From Actinomycetota bacterium (GTDB lineage: Bacteria > Actinomycetota > Geothermincolia > Geothermincolales > RBG-13-55-18), in contig JBFLWJ010000003.1 of the NCBI GenBank assembly GCA_040757835.1, positions 146,960 through 210,959 of the forward strand: 64,000 nucleotides of DNA. Reading direction: 5' to 3'. A program made the translations under genes and the position numbers. Shown here one piece after another: positions 40,711 through 49,473 of this stretch. The notes beneath the pieces were generated by a model. The model ran no database searches. It was not told the DNA's origin and saw nothing but the letters and a program-made list of their open reading frames with translations. Position 1 is the first letter of the stretch. Every line of letters starts with the position of its first letter.

Positions 40711-42323
40711 GGCGCCTCACCTCCTCCGCCCTCGTTCCCGGCCACGGGACCGGACTCTTCCGCCGGTCCGGCTGCCGGCGTTCCTCCGGGGAAGGGAAGC
40801 TCGGAACCTCCCGCTCCCTCCATCTCTCTCAGGGCCTCTCTCTCCAGCCGTTCCCGCGCCTCGCGCCGCTCTCGCAACAGCTCCTCTCGCCTGCCCTTCC
40901 TGCGGCCGGCTCTCCGCGCTTTCTCCCCACGCGGCTCCGGCGCAGCGGCCTCGGCCGTCTCCGCCACCGTGGCGGAGGCCGCCTCCGTCTGCCTGCCCGC
41001 CTCCAGAGCGGCGATGAAGCTCTCCACCACCTCGGGGTCGAACTGCCTGCCGCTGTTCTCCCGTAGTTCGGCCAGGGCGCGTTCGTGCCCCTTCGCATCC
41101 CTCCAGGGCCTGCGGTGGCACATGGAATCATAGGCGTCGGCCACGGCGATGATGCGGGCGGTCAGGGGGATGGTATCGCCGGAGAGATGGTCTATGTATC
41201 CCCCGCCGTCGTAGTATTCATGATGGTGGCGCACGGCCTCGGCCATGTCCGCGAGGTACTCGACCTCCTCCAGGCGCGAGGCGCCCTCCAGCGGGTGCAG
41301 TTTTATCTTCTCGAACTCTTCCTCGCTCAGGGCCGCTGGCTGCAGCAGCACATCACGGGGGATGGCGGGACTGCCCAGGTCGTGCAGGAGGGCGGCATGG
41401 CGCAGGCGGTTGGTCTCGTAGAGCGGGAACCGCATCTGCCTGGCGATGAGGGCGGCGTTCTGCGCCACCCGCACCGCGTGCCCGTCGAGGTAGGGCTCGC
41501 GCTTCTCCAGGAAGGTAACCAGGACCTCCAGGCTGCGGTCGTATGCCTCCAGCAGTTCGATGTTCTTGCCGCTGAAGTACCAGGCCACGCCGAGCACCGC
41601 GGTGAGCGAGAGCACGGCGAATATCCCGCGCAACGACTCCGCCACCGAGCCCACGACGATGGGGTTGCCGAGGGCGTCCACGGCCCCGTGGAACGCGTTC
41701 TGGGCATAGATCACGCCCATGAACAGGCCCACGAACGAGTAGATCACCTGGTTCGGAAGGAGCCTCAGGGCGTCGCCCTTGAAGAAGGCGGCGGGATCGA
41801 CACCCCGGGCCCAGCGCAGGGCCGCCGCCACCAGGCCGGCGTTCAAAGCCCAAAACACGGCCGCCGCCGCCAGCGTGGGCGCCAGCGAACCCGCGAAGTC
41901 CGAGGCGGTGAAGGCCCGCGTGGCTCCGCCCAGGACGTGATAGACGGCTGCCGCCGCCCAGGTGCACATGGCGTAGATGGCAGCGCTCACGGCCAGCTCC
42001 CAGGGGTTGTCACGGCGCCTTGCCAGCCTCAGGTGGAAGGCGGCGGCCAGGGCCACGATCATGGCCGAAGGGGTGTTGAGGGCGGTAATGGCCGCGAAGA
42101 GGATGATGATGCCGTAGGTGGACCTGCCTCCGGATGCCATCTTCTCGCCCAGGGTCTCGCAGATGACCGCCATGGCCCCCAGCAGCAGCACCGAGAACCA
42201 GAAGACCGGCTGATCGCCGGCCAGGGTCAGAAAGAGTATGACCCCCAACGATCCAACCAGTCCCGCACAGGCCAGGGCCTTGACCTTTATATCCATGACC
42301 ATCCTTCCTCGCGGGCGCCCCAT
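40707..42323 (-). CDS. membrane-anchored HD-GYP domain protein (c-di-GMP phosphodiesterase-like) with Arg/Glu-rich C-terminal tail
   Basis: Polytopic N-terminal domain; HD domain LLHDLG... and HHHEYYDGGGYIDHL (HHExxDGxGY-type). 4-nt overlap with the downstream paralog. Confidence 0.75.
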   Translation of the reverse strand: MGRPRGRMVMDIKVKALACAGLVGSLGVILFLTLAGDQPVFWFSVLLLGAMAVICETLGEKMASGGRSTYGIIILFAAITALNTPSAMIVALAAAFHLRLARRRDNPWELAVSAAIYAMCTWAAAAVYHVLGGATRAFTASDFAGSLAPTLAAAAVFWALNAGLVAAALRWARGVDPAAFFKGDALRLLPNQVIYSFVGLFMGVIYAQNAFHGAVDALGNPIVVGSVAESLRGIFAVLSLTAVLGVAWYFSGKNIELLEAYDRSLEVLVTFLEKREPYLDGHAVRVAQNAALIARQMRFPLYETNRLRHAALLHDLGSPAIPRDVLLQPAALSEEEFEKIKLHPLEGASRLEEVEYLADMAEAVRHHHEYYDGGGYIDHLSGDTIPLTARIIAVADAYDSMCHRRPWRDAKGHERALAELRENSGRQFDPEVVESFIAALEAGRQTEAASATVAETAEAAAPEPRGEKARRAGRRKGRREELLRERREARERLEREALREMEGAGGSELPFPGGTPAAGPAEESGPVAGNEGGGGEAP

Positions 42324-42398
42324 CAGAGGCGCATGGAAGCCCCCCGCCTCACGACGTAATCCAGGACCTGGCGTATCATATCCATGAACTTGCGCATC

Positions 42399-42941
42399 TC
42401 ATCCTCCCGGTTCTATCAAACCGAAGTTCCCATCTCTTCTTCTATATACCACGTTGGTCTCCTCCGTCTCGGCGTTTATAAACACGTAGAAATCGTGGCC
42501 GAGGAGTTCCATCTGCAGGCAGGCCTCCTCGGGGATCATGGGCTTCAGCGGGAAACTCTTGGTCTTGACGATGGCCGCCTCGGTTTCCTCCTCTGACGCC
42601 GCGGCCGCCGATTCCTTGAAGGGGTTTTTAGCGTGGTGCGAACGGTCGATCATCTTCTGTTTTACCTTGCGCGCCTGGCGCTCCAGCTTGTTCGACACCA
42701 GGTCGATGGCCTGGTACATATCCACCGCCGACTCCCTGGCCCGGATGATGGGGCCGCTGGAGAAGACGGTCACCTCGACCACCTGGTTGTCCTGTATCTT
42801 GGGGTTCCTTTCGACGCTCATCTCGATCTCCGTCTTCAGGATGCGGTCGAGGTACTTCTCGACCCTGCTCACTTTCTCCAGGGCATATCCTCGCAACGCC
42901 TCGGTCACCTCTATGTTCTTGCCCTTGACGATGATCTGCAT
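42399..42941 (-). CDS. hpf: ribosome hibernation promoting factor (long HPF)
   Basis: Starts at Met13 of the ORF (MQIIVKGKNIEVTEALRGYALEKV...), S30AE/YfiA domain plus C-terminal dimerisation domain (...ACLQMELLGHDFYVFIN...). Confidence 0.9.
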   Translation of the reverse strand: MQIIVKGKNIEVTEALRGYALEKVSRVEKYLDRILKTEIEMSVERNPKIQDNQVVEVTVFSSGPIIRARESAVDMYQAIDLVSNKLERQARKVKQKMIDRSHHAKNPFKESAAAASEEETEAAIVKTKSFPLKPMIPEEACLQMELLGHDFYVFINAETEETNVVYRRRDGNFGLIEPGG

Positions 42942-43428
42942 CCCCCGCACTCCCTTCTCCTCCGATAAAAAACCCATACCAGGTTCAAGGGCGGTATGGG
43001 CCTTCTTCAGGACCTATTCGAAAAGCAAATCCCGGCCCCGGGCCTTAACCCGGCGCTTACGTATTCGACTCGCATAAGCCTAGCATACGTCCAACCCTCT
43101 GCCAACAAATGGCCCGAAAAGTGAAGGCCTCGAAACCCGGCTGACCTGGTCTTTGACCCCACACTCGCCTGCCGAGCGTCTCGCAGCGGAAGGGATCCCG
43201 CGCGGGCTTTGCCCGACCGCCACTAATGCGCTTCTCCGGTTTGTTCCGGGCAGGTCTTACCCCTAAGCCGCACCATGCTCACCAACCAAGAGTTGGCTTA
43301 CGTGGGTCGTTTCGCCTGCGGCTGGCATCGACTTTCAACCACAGACCCGGGCCGAAGCCTTCCCATACATTATAAGGTGAGCGCCTGTGATATGCACATG
43401 AACCGGCCTGTGCGTCCGAGTCACGGAG

Positions 43429-45510
43429 CTATGGCATGGAGGCCGGCAGCGGCGGGTACGAGGGGTTCTCGGCCTGCCACCGCTTGTATGCGGACCAGGA
43501 GGCGTGGGGAGTGCCGTCGTAGCTGAAGAGGCCGAAATAACTCTTGTCCCAAGACCTGCCCGGTTTCTCGTCCATGTCCTTGTAGACCCAGATCTTGCGG
43601 CATCCCGCCCGCCTCAGGAGGCCGATGCCCCAGTCCCCGATGGCGTCGGCCTGCCCCTGCCCGCTGAACATATCCGGCTGGTCGTCCTTGTGGTGGAGCC
43701 AGCCTATCTCCGTGGCGGCGACCTCCTTCTCCACCCCGATGGAGCGCATCGCCTGGACCAGGTTGGCATAGAAGGGCCCCCAGTTGCCGGGGCTGCGGTA
43801 GGGGTGGACCCCTACCATATCGCAGTGCTCGTTGAAGCCCAGCATGTCCCCGGCCGCCACCTCGACCCCGGCGAGTGCTTGCAGGAGCACTTCCTTGTGC
43901 AGCGCCTCTCCCCTGCCCATGGCGAAATCGAGGCCGGCCCGCACCGGCCGCTCTCCCCCGTTCCACAGGCTGATGACGTCGCGCATGGAGAACTGGTTGT
44001 AGCCAGCCGGGAAATCCCACCGGGTGCGGGGCTCGCCCGCGCCCCGCGAAGTATACTCACCGCTGCATGAATCGCCGCAGTAGAAACGGGGCGATAACTC
44101 CGCCACCAGGGGTGCGCTGCCGCGGACTTCGATGGACGCTCCGCCCGCGCAGGATGCCCCGGTGACTCCCGGAGCCACGGACACCCTCCCGCACGACTGC
44201 GCCGCCACCTCCACGTGCCTGTTCTCGCTTGAGCCGTCCGGGAAGCGGTATACGATCTCCGCCTCGACCGCCTGCGACCCGGTGTTCAGAAGGCTCAGGA
44301 ACTCCTTTACGGTGTAGTCCCCGGAGCCGTCCTCGCAGGCCCACTCCCGGCGCGGCGAATAGGCGTCTGGCTCGCCGTTCCGCTCCTTCACGGTGCCCCC
44401 CTGGCGGTAGTAGAGCGAGCGCTCCGCTATGATGGGCCGGTCCGACGAGACCGCGATGGACACCTCGCCCAGCTTGGAGTCGTGCCTACCCACACCCAGC
44501 CCCTCGTCGAAGACGGGAAAGACCAGGCTCGACCTCGCCGGCACCCTGATATTCCGGCTCTCACTGGTGCCGTTACCGCGGAAGTATGTGATGGCCACCG
44601 CGGCTTCCTGCCGCTCCCGGTTATCAAGGGAGAGCCACATGTCGCAGCCGGACCTGGTGCAGCCCTCCGCGAAGAACCACCGGGTCCTCCCCGGGTCGAT
44701 GCCCATGAGGCCGTCCGCAAGCAGTCCGTCCCGGGAACAGACGAGGCGGAGCGTGCGTGCGGCCACGATGTCGCCGTCCGCCCTCACCGTGAGCGCGGCC
44801 TCCTGGCGGGGGCGCGAGGCATCGTCGAAGAGGCGGGTGTAGAGGCCGGTGCCCGTGTCCGGGTCGTCCGCCAGCGTGTCGAGCAGGGAGCCGCAGATGA
44901 CGATTCCCGAGGGGTCCTTTTCCTTGATGGCGGTATACGCCAGTTGCAGGAGGGGCAGGTAGTCCGTCTCCACCTGGCCCCCGAAATGATAGGTCCCGAG
45001 CAGACGGTAGGCTTCTCCATCGCTGTCCCAGCCCGGCTCGTTCCATACCTCGTAGAAGTCCACTACCGGACCGTAGCGTTCGGCGGCCGCCGCGCAGAAG
45101 TCGCGCCAGCGCCCCAGGTCCGCGGGCGGGGCCTTGTCTGCGAACTCTCCATAAGCCGCGTCCCTGGCCCATGCGGGGATGGGCCCGCCCAGGACCAGCA
45201 TTATGGACTGGCTTCCGTCCGCGAGGACCGCGCCTATCAGCTCGTCGTAGCGGCTCCAGTCAAAGGGCCCCGCCTGGGGCTGCACGTTCCTCCACCTCAC
45301 CTCGATCTTGTGGTGGCGGATCCAGCGCCTCTCCTCGAGGGGTACCTTGGCAAGGGTCCTGCTGTTGTACCCCGGCACGTCCAGGCCGAGGATGGTCCAG
45401 TCGGCTACGTCTTTCCTGCCGCCCGCACCATCGCCACCGTAGATGGGTGTTCCAGGAACGAGCAGGGCGGCGAAAAAGATGAGCACGAGCACGATGAACC
45501 GGACTCTCAT
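43429..45510 (-). CDS. secreted glycoside hydrolase, clan GH-A (GH5/GH39-like) catalytic residues with three internal ~100-aa repeats
   Basis: Signal peptide MRVRFIVLVLIFFAALLVPG; acid/base motif FYEVWNEPGW; nucleophile motif VAATEIGW ~440 residues later. The intervening region has three similar modules (RWFFAEG...LSLDN..., EWACEDG...LSLLN..., RWDFPAG...ISLWN...). Start at Met56 of ORF with GGGAGGAG SD. Confidence 0.7.
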   Translation of the reverse strand: MRVRFIVLVLIFFAALLVPGTPIYGGDGAGGRKDVADWTILGLDVPGYNSRTLAKVPLEERRWIRHHKIEVRWRNVQPQAGPFDWSRYDELIGAVLADGSQSIMLVLGGPIPAWARDAAYGEFADKAPPADLGRWRDFCAAAAERYGPVVDFYEVWNEPGWDSDGEAYRLLGTYHFGGQVETDYLPLLQLAYTAIKEKDPSGIVICGSLLDTLADDPDTGTGLYTRLFDDASRPRQEAALTVRADGDIVAARTLRLVCSRDGLLADGLMGIDPGRTRWFFAEGCTRSGCDMWLSLDNRERQEAAVAITYFRGNGTSESRNIRVPARSSLVFPVFDEGLGVGRHDSKLGEVSIAVSSDRPIIAERSLYYRQGGTVKERNGEPDAYSPRREWACEDGSGDYTVKEFLSLLNTGSQAVEAEIVYRFPDGSSENRHVEVAAQSCGRVSVAPGVTGASCAGGASIEVRGSAPLVAELSPRFYCGDSCSGEYTSRGAGEPRTRWDFPAGYNQFSMRDVISLWNGGERPVRAGLDFAMGRGEALHKEVLLQALAGVEVAAGDMLGFNEHCDMVGVHPYRSPGNWGPFYANLVQAMRSIGVEKEVAATEIGWLHHKDDQPDMFSGQGQADAIGDWGIGLLRRAGCRKIWVYKDMDEKPGRSWDKSYFGLFSYDGTPHASWSAYKRWQAENPSYPPLPASMP

Positions 45511-45591
45511 CGCAAACGCCCCACGCCCTTTTCTCCTCCCGGTTTTTGTCCTGCCGTGATTATAAGGTATATCGTCTGCCTCCGCTGATTG

Positions 45592-45684
45592 CATCGCGTA
45601 AGCGACAGCGACGCCCTGAGGGCGGCGCGGCGGTGTCCCAGCGCCTGGACATTTCCGAATGTCCAGGCCTGGCACGTGTACGTA
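45592..45684. repeat. copy C of 'S element' (short form), in the long 5' leader of the GH gene
   Basis: CATCGCGTAAGCGACAGCGACGCCCTGAGGGCGGCGCGGCGGTGTCCCAGCGCCTGGACATTTCCGAATGTCCAGGCCTGGCACGTGTACG. Confidence 0.7.
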
Positions 45685-45970
45685 CGGTGATAGTGGCCCG
45701 GGAAACTACCAGGTCGGCCGAAACTGTGCATAGAGATGGTTCATGGATAGCGATCCCGCCCGGGTGTCGCCCATACAAACCCCCCGGCAAGCACGGCTGC
45801 TTGCGGGAAAGGTCGGCAAGCCCGGTTCGTCAAGGCGTTCGGGCGACCTCGTCTGTGCTGCCCCTTGCCCGGCGAGCAAGGTGCTCGGAGGAGCCTGCGA
45901 CGACGACCAGCCTTGTCGCCGGGCCGCTAAAACGGTATTGGAGTGAGCCCGAACGCCTCTCCGTCCCGGA

Positions 45971-46507
45971 TTACCCCGTCCCGTCGAGGTAGCCGTGCGC
46001 ACCCAACCAATCCATGAGCTTGCCCACGCTCTCGGAGGTCTCCTCGGCGCACGTGTCCAGGACCAGTTCCGGGTCTTCGGGGTCCTCGTAGGGGTCATCG
46101 ACTCCCGTGAAGTCCTTGATCTCGCCGGCCAGTGCCTTGGCCCAGAGTCCCTTGGGGTCGCGCTTCGCGCACTCTTCGGCCGGGCAGCGCACGAAGACCT
46201 CGATGAAGTCCTCGATGTCCTCCCTGATCGCCTGGCGGAAGGAGCGGTAGGGAGATATCAGTGCCACGATCACCGCCACGCCGTTGCGCGAGAGCAACTT
46301 GCTCACGTAGGCGACGCGCATGGCGTGGATCTCGCGGTCCTCCTTGCTGAAACCGAGGTCACGGCTGAGGCCTTTCCTGACCTCGTCGCCGTCCATCACC
46401 TCGACCCGCTTCCCCATGTCGCGGAGCTTTCGCTCCAGGTCGACGGCCACGGTGGTCTTGCCCGAGCCAGGAAGACCGGTCAGCCATACCACAAATCCCT
46501 TGTCCAT
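45971..46507 (-). CDS. cysC: adenylyl-sulfate kinase
   Basis: VVWLTGLPGSGKTT (P-loop), ...VIVALISPYR... typical APS kinase; 178 aa. Confidence 0.9.
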   Translation of the reverse strand: MDKGFVVWLTGLPGSGKTTVAVDLERKLRDMGKRVEVMDGDEVRKGLSRDLGFSKEDREIHAMRVAYVSKLLSRNGVAVIVALISPYRSFRQAIREDIEDFIEVFVRCPAEECAKRDPKGLWAKALAGEIKDFTGVDDPYEDPEDPELVLDTCAEETSESVGKLMDWLGAHGYLDGTG

Positions 46508-46525
46508 ACTTTTGAACCTCCCGTA

Positions 46526-47881
46526 TCAATCGCCTATCCCCAGCAGCTCCACGAAGATACCGTAGAGGTCCTGTATGGGGATGAAATCCCTGTCTATTCT
46601 CTTTCCCATATCCACCTCGGGGTGGTAGATGATGCCCACTCCCCTCCAGTCGTGCACCGCGTCGTCCGGGCCGGTGTCGTTCTCCTCCAGGTACATGGAG
46701 GGATGCCCCATGGTCCCCGCGGCCCGCCAGGAGAGGTCGTCGAAGAAGACCATGAGGTCGGGCACGTCGCCCTCGGTATGCGAGTAGACCTCGCGGGGGG
46801 TCACCGCGCGCGTGTCCCAGACCTCGCCCTGAGGCCCCCTGATCTTCCTGATCTCCTCGGCCAGCGCCTCCACCTCCGCCTCGAAGCGCTCGGGGCGGAT
46901 CACCCCCTCGGGCTCCCTGCCCTCGACGTTGAGGAAGACGCGCGCGTAATAGCCGCCCCAGCCCCAGGCCTTCGTGCGCGGCCAGTCCACCGGGGCGTCC
47001 TCGAGGCGGGTGCCCGGCTTCACCTCGCCCTGCAGGGCGAGGTAGCCCTTCTCCGCCAGCCACTGGTTGACGCAGAAGGCCCCCTTCATCCCCTTGGCCC
47101 CGTGGTCGGAGACCACCGCAACGGCGGTATCGGGCCCGGCGGCCTCAAGCAGCTCCCCGATGCCCTGGTCGAGCAGGCGGTAGTAGTCCCTGAGGGCGTC
47201 GTCGAAGGGCGTACCGGACTCGTAGAGGTGATGGGCCGGGTCCTGGTACCTCCAGAAGGCGTGCTGCACCCGGTCCAGCCCGATCTCCACCATGACGAAG
47301 AGGTCCCAGGGGTGCTCCTCAGCCAGGTAGCACGCGATCTCGAAATGCCCGGCGGTCATCTCCCGCAGGCTGGCCAGGATCTCCGCCTTGTTCTCCTTGC
47401 GGAAGGCGACGTCGGGCACGTAGGCCAGCTCCTGCTCCTCCAGCTCCACCGCCAGACCGCGGGGGTAAGTGTAGGGGCGGTCGGTGCCGGGGGTGAGGAA
47501 ACAGGAGATCATGTCGCCGTTGACCTCGTAGGGCGGGTAGGATGGCGGCACGCCGATGAGACAGCTGCGCAGGCCGGCGCCGGCTGCCCGCGCCCACAGC
47601 GGGGGCACTTGCAGGGAAGTCGAGTCGGCCACCCTGGTGTCGTTGTAGGTGCCCGGTATGCGGTTGCGGAAACCGTACATGCCCAGCTCGCCCGGTTCCT
47701 TCCCGGTGAACATGACCATCCATGCGGGGACGGTTATGGGGGGCACGCACGATTCGACCTCCCCCCACCAGCCCCCGGCGCGCAACCTCTCCAGGTTGGG
47801 GAGGAGCCCTGAATACTCGTGGAAGAGCAGGCGCGGCGAAGCGCAGTCCAGCCCGATGACCAGCAGCCGGTTCCTGGCCAT
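46526..47881 (-). CDS. alkaline-phosphatase-superfamily enzyme, NPP-type phosphodiesterase/nucleotide pyrophosphatase family (paralog 1), embedded between sat and cysC
   Basis: LLVIGLDCASPRLL (metal-site Asp), PPITVPAWMVMFTGKEPGELG (Thr-nucleophile T-x-x-P...TG motif of NPP/PF01663-like enzymes), VVSDHG (DHG metal ligand). Paralogs at 56772-58271 and 62196-63809. Confidence 0.7.
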   Translation of the reverse strand: MARNRLLVIGLDCASPRLLFHEYSGLLPNLERLRAGGWWGEVESCVPPITVPAWMVMFTGKEPGELGMYGFRNRIPGTYNDTRVADSTSLQVPPLWARAAGAGLRSCLIGVPPSYPPYEVNGDMISCFLTPGTDRPYTYPRGLAVELEEQELAYVPDVAFRKENKAEILASLREMTAGHFEIACYLAEEHPWDLFVMVEIGLDRVQHAFWRYQDPAHHLYESGTPFDDALRDYYRLLDQGIGELLEAAGPDTAVAVVSDHGAKGMKGAFCVNQWLAEKGYLALQGEVKPGTRLEDAPVDWPRTKAWGWGGYYARVFLNVEGREPEGVIRPERFEAEVEALAEEIRKIRGPQGEVWDTRAVTPREVYSHTEGDVPDLMVFFDDLSWRAAGTMGHPSMYLEENDTGPDDAVHDWRGVGIIYHPEVDMGKRIDRDFIPIQDLYGIFVELLGIGD

Positions 47882-47885
47882 GCCC

Positions 47886-49028
47886 TCACTCCACGAAGGG
47901 GTCGCCGATTTCCAGGAGCACCTCGGCCACCTCGGGGCGGAGCATCTCCGGCGGGGGCACTTTGCCCTCCACGATGAGTTCGCGCATGCGGGTACCCGAG
48001 AAGCCCACCTGGTCCTCCTTGCCGTGGGGGCAGGTCTTCTCGTTCACCACCCCGCCGCAGCGCAGGCAGTAGGAGAAGGTGTTGAAGAACACCGGCACGA
48101 TGCCCAGGTCCGGGAAGTCCTGGAAGATCTCCTGGGCGGCGAAGGGGTCGTAGAAATCGCCGACCCCGGCATGGTCCCTGCCCACGATGAAATGGGTGCA
48201 GCCGAAGTTCTTGCGCATGATCGCATGGTGGATCGCCTCGCGCGGCCCCGCGTAACGCATCTCGTACTGCAGGATGGCCATGACCGAGCGCTCCTTGAGA
48301 TAGTAGTTGTCGATTAGGGTCTGGTAGGTGGCCAGGATGGCCTCGTCGGTGAAGTCTCCTTTCTTCTTCTTGCCGATGACCGGGTTGATGAAGAGCCCGT
48401 CGGCAAAGGTGAGGGCCGTCTTCTGCACGTACTCGTGGCCGAGATGGGGAACGTTGCGCGTCTGGAACCCCACCACCTGCCTCCAGCCGAGTTCGCTGAA
48501 GAGTACCCGGGTCTCGCGCGGGCTGAGGCGGTAGCGCTCGAAAGGGCTGGACGAGAGACGGAGCAGGGTCACCGGCCCCCCAGCCAGGAGATCGCCCATG
48601 CCGCCCGTCTTGGCCACACCGGGGTGGGAAGCGTCCCGCGTGCCGTAGATGAGCTGGTCGTGGCGGTCGCGGTCCAGGGGATAGATCTCCTCCACCTCCA
48701 TCACCGCGAGCGGCCCTTCGTCCGTCTCCCACAGGGCTACCCGGTCTCCTTCCTCTATCCCGCTGTCGGGGGGAAGGTCCAGGACTATGGGCAGCGCCCA
48801 TGGGGTGTCCCCGGGCAGGCGGGCATGCTCCAGCACGCTCGCGTATTCCTCCGCGCGCAGGAAACCCTCGATGGGGCTGTATATCCCCTGGGCTATGTTC
48901 TCAACCTCGCGGGCCTGCTCCGTGTCCAGCCGCAGGCTCTTGAGGCCTCGCGCCTCCGCGCCGGCTTCACCGGCGGCATCGTCGGGAATCGTGCGGTCGA
49001 TCAAGCGACCGCCGTGGGGCAACGGCAT
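47886..49028 (-). CDS. sat: sulfate adenylyltransferase (ATP sulfurylase)
   Basis: 380 aa; FQTRNVPHLGHEY (QTRN / HxGH motifs), ...GRDHAGVG... ; PUA-like N-terminal domain. Confidence 0.9.
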   Translation of the reverse strand: MPLPHGGRLIDRTIPDDAAGEAGAEARGLKSLRLDTEQAREVENIAQGIYSPIEGFLRAEEYASVLEHARLPGDTPWALPIVLDLPPDSGIEEGDRVALWETDEGPLAVMEVEEIYPLDRDRHDQLIYGTRDASHPGVAKTGGMGDLLAGGPVTLLRLSSSPFERYRLSPRETRVLFSELGWRQVVGFQTRNVPHLGHEYVQKTALTFADGLFINPVIGKKKKGDFTDEAILATYQTLIDNYYLKERSVMAILQYEMRYAGPREAIHHAIMRKNFGCTHFIVGRDHAGVGDFYDPFAAQEIFQDFPDLGIVPVFFNTFSYCLRCGGVVNEKTCPHGKEDQVGFSGTRMRELIVEGKVPPPEMLRPEVAEVLLEIGDPFVE

Positions 49029-49038
49029 GGTCTCCTCC

Positions 49039-49272
49039 TCAATCCAGGTAGCCCAGGGAACGCAGGCGTTCCTTCACCCTCTCCTCGTCCTCGCGGGAAA
49101 AGGCCTCTTTCTCGTCTACCGCGTCCTCCGCCAGCACTTCCCTCAGCACGTACACGACGTAGCTGGATACGGAGGTGAACCCTGTCCCCTCTATGCGCTT
49201 CTTGATCTTCTCGAAGAGCGGGGTGGGGATGGAGACCGAGGTGAACTTGCTCTCCTGTTCCTTTTTCTTCAT
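49039..49272 (-). CDS. ribbon-helix-helix (CopG-like) DNA-binding protein, first gene of the sat operon
   Basis: 77 aa; KFTSVSIPTPLFEKIKKRIEGTGFTSVSSYVVYVLREVL (beta-strand/helix-helix pattern). Preceded by an AT-rich divergent promoter region. Confidence 0.6.
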   Translation of the reverse strand: MKKKEQESKFTSVSIPTPLFEKIKKRIEGTGFTSVSSYVVYVLREVLAEDAVDEKEAFSREDEERVKERLRSLGYLD

Positions 49273-49473
49273 CTTTCTCTTACACCCGACCTTTCCTTTC
49301 GCGATGTTTAACTATATATTATTATATCTAATTATTTTCAATAGCCTGTTCAGCCTGCAGCTCCTTACAAGATACGGGGGCTGCCTTTCGATTTCAACAA
49401 TTATAAGGCAAGGCCGGAGAGGAAGCTTACAGCCTCCTCGCGGCGCCGGCGAGCTGGGAGGAGTTGGGGACGG

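Noticed and set aside
43240-43270. CAGGTCTTACCCCTAAG resembling a MITE right terminus (CAAGACCTTACCCCTTAA) in the hpf-GH spacer
   Set aside because: Match is partial (~13/17) with no paired second terminus nearby; could be a decayed remnant but evidence is too thin to call.
45700-45970. Possible RNase P RNA or SRP RNA in the long leader upstream of the GH gene (GGGAAAGGTCGGCAAGCCCGG resembles GGAAAGTCCGGGCT of RNase P P4)
   Set aside because: Only a loose resemblance; the matching 3' half of P4 (ACAGAACCCGGCTTA) and other universally conserved regions are absent. Kept as an unclassified structured leader.
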